DNA of 32,000 bases from the NCBI GenBank assembly GCA_964529175.1, contig CAZGVO010000006.1:73308-105307 (forward strand), read 5' to 3'. This stretch comes from an uncultured Bifidobacterium sp. GTDB lineage: Bacteria; Bacteroidota; Bacteroidia; UKL13-3. Positions 7,701-15,127 of the stretch are shown one piece after another. The notes under the pieces were generated by a model. It saw nothing but the letters and a program-made list of their open reading frames with translations. It did no database searches and was not told where the DNA came from. How positions within the stretch are numbered: position 1 is the stretch's first letter; each line of letters begins with the position of its first letter. A program made the translations under genes and the position numbers.

Positions 7701-10700
7701 TTTATCAAATTTTAGATTATTATATGACGCAAATAGCAATGGAACTGCCGATGCCGGTGAAATTTCTTCACCAATTGGAACGGTAGCTAGTTTGTCAAAT
7801 CCTTTAGTTTTTTCTAGCTTAGCAGGTCAATCTTTTTCACCCTCTACTGTCAGAAGATACTTATTGATTGCCGATGTGGCTGCAAGCCCTACAGATGGTG
7901 TGACTTTTACTGGTTCATTATCAAATACAAATGTAACCTCAACAGCTACAGCAAGTTCCTCTGCAACTGGTAATGCACAAACTGTTATTATTCCAACTGT
8001 TCCTTTAGTTCCTACAATAAATTCAATAACTGGTGGTACAAATCAATTAAGTGTTGCTTTTACAGCAGGTGCTAATGGTGGAGCAAGCATTACTACTTAT
8101 AAATATTCAACAGATGGTGGAGCAACATTTAGAACAAGAGCTTCGGGATCTACTGCTTCTCCTTTAGTAATTACAACACTTTCATCTGATGGAACCACCC
8201 CATTAGTCAACGGAGTTACTTACGATGTACAAATTAGAGCAGTTAATTCGGTAGGAGATGGCGTTGCAAGCTCAACAACACAAGGTACACCAGTGCTGAC
8301 AAATACAACTGCAAAATTATGGAATTCTGCTGCTGGATCAGCATGGCTTACTTCAGGTAATTGGAACGGTGGTTTACCATCAAGCACTGAAGTTGCTCAG
8401 TTTGGTGGAAACCCAACCCCCGGCACAAGCGTTAATATTAATGGTGGTACAACAGCAATTTCGGCTATTGAGGTAACCAATTCAAGAATATTGAATTTGA
8501 CAATAGGCAATAATTCTGGTGGCGCAACTAATGGCACTCTAACCTTGAATGGAGGAGTTGTGAATAGTATAGAAAATATTATTATTAGAAATAATAGTGC
8601 TAATTTATTAACCTTACAAAATACTGGTTCTTCTGGAAGTGGTTCAAATACAATGAGTTTGGCTCTAGGAAACTCAACTAACAATATAATTAGTATTGAA
8701 GGTAATGGAGGTATTACTATTTCTTCTATAATTTCTGGTAGTTCAAGAAATTTAACTAAAATTGGCGCTGGTGCAGGTGTTTTAACATTAACTGGTGCAA
8801 ATACTTACTCAGGTATAACAACTGTATCAGCGGGTACTTTGCGCTTAAATAGGTCAGGAGGAACAACTATTCCTAATACAAACAATGTGGTTATAGATGG
8901 AGGAACTTTACAAGTAAGTAGTAATCAAACATTAAACGATTTAACATTAACAAGCGGCACTTTAATTATTGATGCAGGTGTAACTTTAACTATAAATGGT
9001 ACTATTACTAGAACTTCGGGTGTAATTAGAGGTTCTTCTACATCAAATTTGGTTATAACAGGTACATCAGGAACAATAGCTTTCGACCAAACAACACCAG
9101 GCACTACTAATTTACTTAGAAACTTAACCATTAGTGGTTCTGGTACAACTACATTAGGTAATGCATTAAACATAGTTGGTGGTTCGAGCGCAGGTATAGT
9201 AACAGTAGGAAGTGGTGCAACATTAGCAGCAGGAAATAACTTAACTTTAAAATCAGATGCAAACGGAACAGGTTCAATTGCTTCAAACAATAGTGGCTTA
9301 ACTTATATTACCGGTAACGTAACTGTAGAACGTTTTGTAAGTGGTGCAGGAAGAAGATGGAGATTTTTATCATCACCTGTTCAATCAGCAACTGTGGCTA
9401 ATTGGATGACATATTTTTACGTAACAGGTCCTGGCGATGGGGTAACTCTTGGAGTGCCAATGTCGACAGGCTGGCATGCCTCTAAAGCAAATATTGATTT
9501 TCCAAATAGTACTTTTGGTTCAGATCCAAGAAGTGTAAAAACCACTTCTATTAGAACTTACAATGAATCAGCAAGTGGTAATAATACCAATATTAATGCT
9601 GGTTGGGAAAATTTATCTGGTACAAATCAGGCTTTAACTCCTGGTCAAGGTTTTAGAGTATTTGTGAGAGGCGCAATAGGCACAACTGGTCAATTGGATG
9701 GTTCAGTAACTTCGCAGTCTTCAGTAATTTTAGCTTTAACAGGAGCAGTTAACCAAGGCGATGTTTCACCAACGATTACTAATAATACACAAGGTTGGAA
9801 TTTAATAGGAAATCCATATCCATGTGCTTATAATTTAAAAGCACAGTACGATGCAGCTCAAACTTCGAACATGAACAATATTGATGTAAATTATTACGTG
9901 TTTGACCCCAATACAAATGGCTATAAAGGGTATAATCCTGCAGCAAGTTCTGGCGCAGGTGCTGGAACGTTAACAAGTGGTATTATACCTTCTGGTACAG
10001 CATTTTTTATCCAAGCAACAGGCACACCAACTTTTGTTTTTAAAGAAACATTTAAAACCACTTCGGCACCTATTGCATTACACAAAAGTGCTTCAAATAG
10101 CGAATTCAGTATTAAATATTTTAAAGATTCAGCGGAAAGTGATGAGTACATTTTAAGCATGATGGGTACAGCTACTTTAAATAAAGATAGATATGATATT
10201 AGTAAATTAAGAAACGACAATTTAAATTTATCAAGCTATGGTGAAGATACATTACAGCTCATGTTATCGTCAATTCCTTTAGTAGATGGCGAAACACGCA
10301 TTAAATTAAATGTAGAAGCAACTCAAGTTGGAACCTACAAATTTGAGTTTAAAAACATAGAAAACTTTGATGCAGGAGTAAGTGTAAGTTTACTAGATAA
10401 ATACACCAATAAAACTACAAGTATAAAAGCCAATACGGTTTACAGTTTTGAAATGGGAGCAGGCGAAAACCAATGGGGTAAAAACCGCTTTGAATTGATA
10501 TTAAATGGAAAAGCTACAGGTGTAAATAATACCAATGCTGCAGAACAAGTAGCACAAATGTTGGTTTACCCAAATCCAGCAACAGATGTGTTAAACATTG
10601 ATATTAACAATGCTAACTTCAAAAACTCAGAGATTGTAATTTATAATATTTCAGGTACAGAAGTGTTAAGAAGCAATATGGCAAGCAACAGTGCTCAATT

Positions 10701-10788
10701 AAATATTGAAACATTAAGTGCAGGAGTATATTTTGTAAAAGTAAGCAACCAAAATGGCTTTAATAAAACAGTAAAATTTGTAAAATAG
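4768..10788 (+). CDS. Giant (2006 aa) T9SS-sorted mosaic adhesin-like protein: signal peptide, 3 FN3 modules, YDG domain, PPC-like domain, autotransporter-associated beta-strand (PATR) repeat, conserved pre-CTD region and T9SS CTD
   Basis: Signal peptide: FKYLSLLAMVLFFGLNGVKGQ. FN3-like modules of about 100 aa (..QLSVAFTAG.DGGS.ITTYKYSTDGGATF..........YDVQIRAVN..G.G) lie at about nt 5350-5645, 5645-5945 and 8000-8290. YDG motif: KALTITGITVDNKIYDGTT (about 6289-6350). PATR-like motif: LTKIGAGAGVLTLTGANTYSGITTVSAGTLRL (about 8751-8850). C-terminus: MLVYPNPATDVLNIDI...GVYFVKVSNQNGFNKTVKFVK. Confidence 0.92.
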   Translation: MITNVLQLKNQPPTQGRTSIFKYLSLLAMVLFFGLNGVKGQTYSQITTLVGLVDGDYLIVGDGATNDGIMLNTVDATPYINRTTVTNPGSSITSGFTSANVFQITVVSGDITIYNSSVGYVSWGRTGNTGNTANFFSGTVANSERWTPTVSSGLWTLTNVGTTARSLQWNNSNPRFACYTSTQVRLKLYKLATTAPLAPTIGTITPGNQQLSVAFTAGSDGGSAITTYKYSTDGGATFLTRQTGTTASPIIITTLSSDGTTPLTNGASYNVQIRAVNAIGDGTATASTAATPYTTPSAPTINSVTAGNTQLSVDFTANATGGSAITNYQYSTDGGATFLNRQTGTTGSPIVITTLSSNGSTSLTNGVTYDVQIKAVNAAGAGTASSTVQGTPVAPVSPTLTVLGSLSAVNTTYGTASASPTSFTVSGASLTNDIVITPPSGFEVSTSIGSGYTTSLTLTQSGGSVSTTTVYLRLAATTGFGTYSGNIDVTSTGAVTQSVATASSSVAKKALTITGITVDNKIYDGTTTATTSGTAVYSGLVNSESFTVTDIVSFAFATASVGNGKTINQTGTYTAPSVNYSISQPTLTANITTATPPTITPALGTTVDGSFNVTFVDDALWRSGITGITVGGTTLTAGYTVSSGQIAFNPAASVPTGLLQTAGSKTIVVSSTGYSSNTFTQAIGVGATTKLTNNTAPAAPATNGVVLATQPKVNITDQYGNIITTDNSTVVTVAATQGTWTLGGTLTATAVNGVASFSGLTATSATAITGASLDYTATGLAGFTSATFNIPAPAPANDLCASAITLTVGAGSTGGSMDGATMSSPFNDDNDVWFKFTATCTGTATVTISTTSQDIDLTAWSTSCPAATTGNIGTGGGTSSLTTETLTISATQGTTYFVRVIHYAATSGSVAGSFNIAVTSSVNSTLALANTGTPAAGNISNGTSNVTLFGFSLTPSACNNISISSVSITTAGTATSSDLSNFRLLYDANSNGTADAGEISSPIGTVASLSNPLVFSSLAGQSFSPSTVRRYLLIADVAASPTDGVTFTGSLSNTNVTSTATASSSATGNAQTVIIPTVPLVPTINSITGGTNQLSVAFTAGANGGASITTYKYSTDGGATFRTRASGSTASPLVITTLSSDGTTPLVNGVTYDVQIRAVNSVGDGVASSTTQGTPVLTNTTAKLWNSAAGSAWLTSGNWNGGLPSSTEVAQFGGNPTPGTSVNINGGTTAISAIEVTNSRILNLTIGNNSGGATNGTLTLNGGVVNSIENIIIRNNSANLLTLQNTGSSGSGSNTMSLALGNSTNNIISIEGNGGITISSIISGSSRNLTKIGAGAGVLTLTGANTYSGITTVSAGTLRLNRSGGTTIPNTNNVVIDGGTLQVSSNQTLNDLTLTSGTLIIDAGVTLTINGTITRTSGVIRGSSTSNLVITGTSGTIAFDQTTPGTTNLLRNLTISGSGTTTLGNALNIVGGSSAGIVTVGSGATLAAGNNLTLKSDANGTGSIASNNSGLTYITGNVTVERFVSGAGRRWRFLSSPVQSATVANWMTYFYVTGPGDGVTLGVPMSTGWHASKANIDFPNSTFGSDPRSVKTTSIRTYNESASGNNTNINAGWENLSGTNQALTPGQGFRVFVRGAIGTTGQLDGSVTSQSSVILALTGAVNQGDVSPTITNNTQGWNLIGNPYPCAYNLKAQYDAAQTSNMNNIDVNYYVFDPNTNGYKGYNPAASSGAGAGTLTSGIIPSGTAFFIQATGTPTFVFKETFKTTSAPIALHKSASNSEFSIKYFKDSAESDEYILSMMGTATLNKDRYDISKLRNDNLNLSSYGEDTLQLMLSSIPLVDGETRIKLNVEATQVGTYKFEFKNIENFDAGVSVSLLDKYTNKTTSIKANTVYSFEMGAGENQWGKNRFELILNGKATGVNNTNAAEQVAQMLVYPNPATDVLNIDINNANFKNSEIVIYNISGTEVLRSNMASNSAQLNIETLSAGVYFVKVSNQNGFNKTVKFVK

Positions 10789-10800
10789 ATAATAGTAAAT

Positions 10801-10840
10801 AGACCATGGACCATAGAAAGAAAAATATGGTCTATGGTTT
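10801..10840 (+). terminator. Stable hairpin between the giant gene and mini-protein B; possible partial terminator or attenuator
   Basis: 14-bp stem AGACCATGGACCAT / ATGGTCTATGGTTT (two G-U pairs) with a 12-nt A-rich loop. Only a short T stretch follows. Confidence 0.4.
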
Positions 10841-10880
10841 ACTTAATTAATAGACTAACTAAATTAACAAAACAAAGAAA

Positions 10881-11069
10881 ATGAAAAAGACAGTAAAATA
10901 TATAATGGTATTAGCTATAGCAACAGCAATTAGTTTTGCAGCACAAGCACAACCAGGCAGTGGAGGCGGAGGATTTGATGATGAACCACAAGATGTACCT
11001 GTAGATGGAGGCATAGTATTATTAGCAGCAGCAGGAGCTGCTTATGGTTACAAAAAATTGAAAAAATAG
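10881..11069 (+). CDS. 62-aa mini-protein, copy B (signal peptide plus PEP-CTERM/GlyGly-CTERM-like tail)
   Basis: MKKTVKYIMVLAIATAISFAAQA|QPGSGGGGFDDEPQDVPVDGGIVLLAAAGAAYGYKKLKK. Codons 30-62 are identical in protein to copy A but carry 11 synonymous nucleotide differences. Confidence 0.8.
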   Translation: MKKTVKYIMVLAIATAISFAAQAQPGSGGGGFDDEPQDVPVDGGIVLLAAAGAAYGYKKLKK

Positions 11070-11185
11070 TATTTGTAAAACCAAAGTTATATTTTAGGTA
11101 ATAATGATTGTTATTAATTTATATTTACAAACAATTATGTTAATTTGTAGAACTTGATTGAGCAATCATTGTTACCATAAGTATA

Positions 11186-11782
11186 ATGAAATTTTTAACT
11201 AAGCAGAGCAATATTTTATCTTTAGCGATACCCAAAATATCGTTAGGGCTTAAGAACCTATCAGTATCTACGCTGATGTTGGGTTTGCTGCTTGCATTCA
11301 CTCAATTGGTTAAGTTTATTGTACTTTTAGTACAAGAATATATCCAACTGAACGATCAATATGGTTTTGAGCAAGAAACCATTTCACGAACCTCTCAGTA
11401 TTACGTTTATAACTATATTAAGAACACGCGTAGACTAGAATCCAGTCACGAACTTACCACTACCGCTCAACAGCTGAGCGAGCAAATGTCGGAGCAAAAA
11501 TTGGTGTTCTTGGTTTTAGGTGTTTTATCAATAATAGGTTTTGTAATTCTTTATTTTGCTTTAGATTACCTAATTGATTTTACTAGAAGATATAGACCTT
11601 GGAGTATTTTGGTTCTTTTAATCGCATTCACAATCAGTGTAATTTATATTGAATTTATTGATTTACGTAGCAGTGGAAATGGATATGCATTTATGTTTAC
11701 TACATTAATCAGCATCATTACAGGTATTGTGCTTATAGGCTATTCCCTTATTTTTCCAAATTACACCAAACAAGTTGATTAA
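11186..11782 (+). CDS. Hypothetical multi-pass membrane protein
   Basis: About 4 hydrophobic segments. No recognisable family. The start codon is uncertain. Confidence 0.45.
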   Translation: MKFLTKQSNILSLAIPKISLGLKNLSVSTLMLGLLLAFTQLVKFIVLLVQEYIQLNDQYGFEQETISRTSQYYVYNYIKNTRRLESSHELTTTAQQLSEQMSEQKLVFLVLGVLSIIGFVILYFALDYLIDFTRRYRPWSILVLLIAFTISVIYIEFIDLRSSGNGYAFMFTTLISIITGIVLIGYSLIFPNYTKQVD

Positions 11783-11786
11783 CAAT

Positions 11787-12506
11787 TTAGTCAACCATTA
11801 AAATATCAGCAGGTGCCAATAAATTTTCTCCTCTAAAACTAAGGAGTATTTGTGCTACGGTTACCACATCTTTTTGGCAATAATTTTTAATTCTTTCTAG
11901 GTTATTTTCTTGCCAATACACTTTCCAAACTTGGCTTCCGTCTATATCGTCTTTTGGCGTTTCTATATTAAACAAAGCTGCCAATAGATCTAAAGAAGTA
12001 TAGCTTTTATAATCACCAAATTTCCATAGCTCCATGGTATCTAAATGTTTTACTTCCCAAGGTTTTTTGCCTTCTGTTTTTAAACTTTCGGGCATTTTAA
12101 TTTTATTCACCACACACCTTCTTGATATGTAAGGAAAATCGAATTCTTTGCCATTATGCGCGCACAGTAAATGGTCGCGTTCGTTAAAATGGCGGGTAAG
12201 CATTTTGCAGAAATTGGAAAGTAATTCACCTTCATTGTGGCTGTAAAACGATTTAACCCTAAATTGATAACCATCACCTTTTACAAAATAACCCACCGAT
12301 ATGCATACAATTTTGCCAAACTCGGCATAAATACCTGAGCGAGGATAAAGTTCTTCGGTAGTTTGTAAACTGTCTTTTTTTATAGTGGCTGCTTTCTTTT
12401 CCCAAAGGTCTTTCCAACGTTCAGGCAAATGTTCGTAAGCAGCAAATTGTGGCACAGTTTCAATATCTAAAACAAGTATTTTGGTTAAATCGGTTTGTTC
12501 AAGCAT
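11787..12506 (-). CDS. 3'-5' exonuclease related to the PolB exonuclease domain (DnaQ-like fold)
   Basis: The N-terminal ILVLDIETVP Exo-I type motif and a length of about 240 aa are typical of the predicted PolB-exo-like family (PF10108-type). Acidic motifs lie further along (HNGKEFDFPY, QKDV). Confidence 0.7.
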   Translation of the reverse strand: MLEQTDLTKILVLDIETVPQFAAYEHLPERWKDLWEKKAATIKKDSLQTTEELYPRSGIYAEFGKIVCISVGYFVKGDGYQFRVKSFYSHNEGELLSNFCKMLTRHFNERDHLLCAHNGKEFDFPYISRRCVVNKIKMPESLKTEGKKPWEVKHLDTMELWKFGDYKSYTSLDLLAALFNIETPKDDIDGSQVWKVYWQENNLERIKNYCQKDVVTVAQILLSFRGENLLAPADILMVD

Positions 12507-12557
12507 GGTAATAATTTTAAGTAAAACGAAAATATAAAAACCCTGCCATAAAAAACG

Positions 12558-13319
12558 TTAAATTTTAAGTTTCTTAAAATCGGCCCTTATTTTTTTCAAT
12601 TGTTCTTTGTCGTGAAGGCTAATTTTTTCGGTGGCTGAAGCAAACGCCACACTACTTATTTGGGGTGCATTTTTGTATAAAAATTGCAATAATTCGTTTG
12701 GAAAACGCAAACCAAATTCGCGCAATAACCAACCAATTGCTTTTTGCACAAAATATTCTTTATCGTTTACAAGAGGGTTAATTAATTGAATGAAATCTGT
12801 TTCATTCAACATGAATTTTTTGTTTTTTAAATGGTAAACAAGAGGCACTAATGATGTGCGTCTCTCCCATAAGTTTGGGCTTTTATTCAGTGTTTTTAAG
12901 TCGTTATAAATGGCTAATTCATCATACATCATATTTCGGCCAATAATGCTTGATAAAAAATCGCTATGTGCCCAGTTATCTATTTTAGGTAAAAAACTTT
13001 TAGCCGTTTCGTGTGCTAATAAACCTTTGTTCTTTTTACTAAAAACGGTTAAGTACATTAAACTAAGGTACATTATTTCGTAGCAGTTACTTTGGTTCCA
13101 AAGTTGGGTGTATAGCTCCATTTGGGCCGCCATTGGTTCATTGCTAAAAGTAAAGCCTTTTTTAAAAATGGCTTGAACTGTTGGATTTTTTAAGGCATAA
13201 AAATGGTATTGGGTGCCAATATAATTTTGCAAATTAGCAATGCCTGAAGGTTTTTCATTTAAGCTATGTTGCCCAAGTTTGGTTTGAATTTCAGCTAAAG
13301 CGTTTTCGTAATTTATCAT
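12558..13319 (-). CDS. DNA alkylation repair protein (AlkD-like HEAT-repeat family)
   Basis: Motifs NWAHSDFL, LWERRTSLVPLV and DKEYFVQKAIGWLLREFG match the conserved C-terminal pattern of the DNA_alkylation family. Confidence 0.7.
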   Translation of the reverse strand: MINYENALAEIQTKLGQHSLNEKPSGIANLQNYIGTQYHFYALKNPTVQAIFKKGFTFSNEPMAAQMELYTQLWNQSNCYEIMYLSLMYLTVFSKKNKGLLAHETAKSFLPKIDNWAHSDFLSSIIGRNMMYDELAIYNDLKTLNKSPNLWERRTSLVPLVYHLKNKKFMLNETDFIQLINPLVNDKEYFVQKAIGWLLREFGLRFPNELLQFLYKNAPQISSVAFASATEKISLHDKEQLKKIRADFKKLKI

Positions 13320-13353
13320 TCAATGTCTATTAGTTAATGGAAATACATTTCGT

Positions 13354-13408
13354 CCGAAAGCTTTCTGTATTCGCTCAATGTTCGCGGCCGTTGAGCGAAG
13401 TCGAAACG
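13354..13408. repeat. Intergenic hairpin element of the same dispersed family
   Basis: CCGAAAGCTTTC (13354-13365); TCGCTCAATG (13371-13380) inverted against CGTTGAGCGAAGTCGAAACG (13389-13408). The latter matches 20 of 24 positions of the loop of element 2735-2805. Confidence 0.6.
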
Positions 13409-13438
13409 AATAAAAAGCCTTACCAAATCATATATTTA

Positions 13439-13894
13439 TTATGAACTTTTGTAAGCGTATTTTATAATAAAAATTCCAAATAGCAGAAGTATAAAACAGG
13501 CAAACAACTCTATTTTTATACTAAAATCTCTCTCTGTTTCGAGTAAGGAATTATTTGGAAATGAAGGATGAAAATAAATGGGTATATAATCTCCAAGTTT
13601 ATAATTATTGCAAAATGAATCCCAAACTCTCTTAGTTATTATTTTGTTATTTAATTTAAAACTGGCATACATTTTTCTGCTTCCACAATTATCTGGCATT
13701 TCAGTAATTGTAGCATTTACTATTGTGCCATTTTCACATACATATAAATTAATAAGTTCTTCTGGAATAAATAAAAATAAAACAACTGCGGTCCAAATAA
13801 TGCCTGCATTTCTAACAAATTTATTCGATTTATCAATATGGTTAAATCGAATAAAAAAGTTTTTTAGCCAAATGGGTTTAGTAATCTTTATCAC
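13439..13894 (-). CDS. Hypothetical membrane protein (TM, small beta-rich domain, TM)
   Basis: Two hydrophobic segments flank a domain of about 80 aa. The architecture resembles DUF3592-type proteins, but that assignment is weak. Confidence 0.45.
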   Translation of the reverse strand: MIKITKPIWLKNFFIRFNHIDKSNKFVRNAGIIWTAVVLFLFIPEELINLYVCENGTIVNATITEMPDNCGSRKMYASFKLNNKIITKRVWDSFCNNYKLGDYIPIYFHPSFPNNSLLETERDFSIKIELFACFILLLFGIFIIKYAYKSS

Positions 13895-13907
13895 TAAAAT
13901 GGTTTAT

Positions 13908-14663
13908 TTACCAATCGCCACCAGCACCGCCACCACCAAAGCTTCCGCCACCAAATCCACCAAAACCACTATCGCCTCCGCCTCCAGAACCACCACGACC
14001 AGAAAATCCGCCATTGGCCAATGTTCCCCAAAGCAATGCTTCGGCTATTCCGCCACCACCACCGCCTCTCCGTCCACCTTTGCCTCCCCTTAAAAATACT
14101 GCAATTAATACAATGGCAATAATAATGATTAAGCCCCAAGGCATTTTTTCTTTATTGGCTTTTCTATCGTTGGTAAAACCTTCGCCAGCTAGGGTTTTAA
14201 TAATAGCGTCAGTAGCTTCGTTAAAGCCATTATAATAAGCTTGTTGCTTAAAATTAGGTTTTAAAATTCCATCAATAACGCGTTTGGAAATGGCATCTGT
14301 CATGGCTCCTTCCAATCCGTAACCAACCTGAATACGCATTTTACGTTCAGCTAAAGCTACATAAATAAGCAAACCATTTTTTTTGTCTTTTTCGCCTATT
14401 CCCCAGCTTTGTGCTAGTTTTTGCGAGTATCCAAAAGCATCATCACCTTCTAGCGATTGTTCAATTACAATAACTATTTGGGTTGATGTTTGCTTGAAAT
14501 ATGTATATAATTTTTGTTCCAATGCCGCTTTTTCATCTGCTTGCAAAGCACCTGCATAATCGTTTACAAAAGTAGGAGGGTTGGGTAATGGAGGAGTTTC
14601 TTTGGCAAATAACTGTGTAAACAGTAAACATAAACTAAAAACCAGTGCTAATTTATGCTTCAT
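13908..14663 (-). CDS. TPM-domain protein (YgcG-like) with signal peptide, TM segment and Gly-rich C-terminal tail
   Basis: FVNDYAGALQADEKAALEQKLYTYFKQTSTQIVIVI is the typical TPM (PF04536) N-terminal motif. I prefer the ATG at 14663 (MKHKLALVF...) to the TTG at 14675 given by the track. That ATG overlaps the upstream stop (ATGAAGCATAA). Confidence 0.85.
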   Translation of the reverse strand: MKHKLALVFSLCLLFTQLFAKETPPLPNPPTFVNDYAGALQADEKAALEQKLYTYFKQTSTQIVIVIEQSLEGDDAFGYSQKLAQSWGIGEKDKKNGLLIYVALAERKMRIQVGYGLEGAMTDAISKRVIDGILKPNFKQQAYYNGFNEATDAIIKTLAGEGFTNDRKANKEKMPWGLIIIIAIVLIAVFLRGGKGGRRGGGGGGIAEALLWGTLANGGFSGRGGSGGGGDSGFGGFGGGSFGGGGAGGDW

Positions 14664-15099
14664 GGGTACCTCCAAACGAAATATCGTTGCTTAACTCATT
14701 TACATCATTGCTTTGGTAAGGAAAATGTTCCTTGAGTCTTTGTCCTGCTTTTTCAATAGCTAAGCAAAGGCCTTCAGTAAACTGGCCTTTGGCAAAATGA
14801 GTTTTCATTAATTCTTTTTCTTCATTCCAAAAAGCATCAGTTACTTTTAGGTGTATGCCACTATCGCCAAGTATGGCAAATTTTTTATCTAAATAGGCTA
14901 GGTAAAACAAAACACCATTTTTTAGTTCCGTTTGGTGCATATTAAGCTCTTCAAATACTTGTTTGGCGCGCTCCATCACATCTTGCTTGCAATGAGGTTC
15001 TATATGTACACGTATTTCGCCCGAAGTATTTAACTCGGCATTTTGAATGGCCGTAACTATGCTTTCTTGCTGGCGTTTACTAAAAAATTGTTCTGACAT
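14653..15099 (-). CDS. Cytoplasmic TPM-domain protein (second TPM gene of the LemA operon)
   Basis: FSKRQQESIVTAIQNAELNTSGEIRVHIE... together with conserved LemA-TPM-TPM synteny. Confidence 0.8.
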   Translation of the reverse strand: MSEQFFSKRQQESIVTAIQNAELNTSGEIRVHIEPHCKQDVMERAKQVFEELNMHQTELKNGVLFYLAYLDKKFAILGDSGIHLKVTDAFWNEEKELMKTHFAKGQFTEGLCLAIEKAGQRLKEHFPYQSNDVNELSNDISFGGTHEA

Positions 15100-15127
15100 G
15101 TTTGTTGGTTAAACCTATTTTTAAAAG

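Noticed and set aside
5073-10220. Multiple antisense ORFs of 60-121 aa inside the two giant genes (for example 8925..9290, 9921..10220, 8397..8684, 7473..7739, and also 21..326 and 1029..1214)
   Set aside because: They lie opposite highly biased Thr/Gly/Ser/Asn codon runs, which suppress stops on the complementary strand. Their translations are low-complexity Val/Pro-rich strings. The sense-strand proteins have clear domain signatures.
13608-14235. Plus-strand ORFs 13608..14093 and 14014..14235
   Set aside because: They are antisense shadows of the membrane-protein and TPM genes. The Pro/Thr/Ala-rich translation is the complement of the Gly-rich tail codons (GGN read as NCC).
14664-14675. 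TTG start at 14675 for the TPM gene (MEVPMKHK...)
   Set aside because: An ATG four codons downstream gives a normal signal peptide (MKHKLALVFSLCLLF) and a classic ATG/stop overlap with the upstream gene. The TTG extension is unnecessary.
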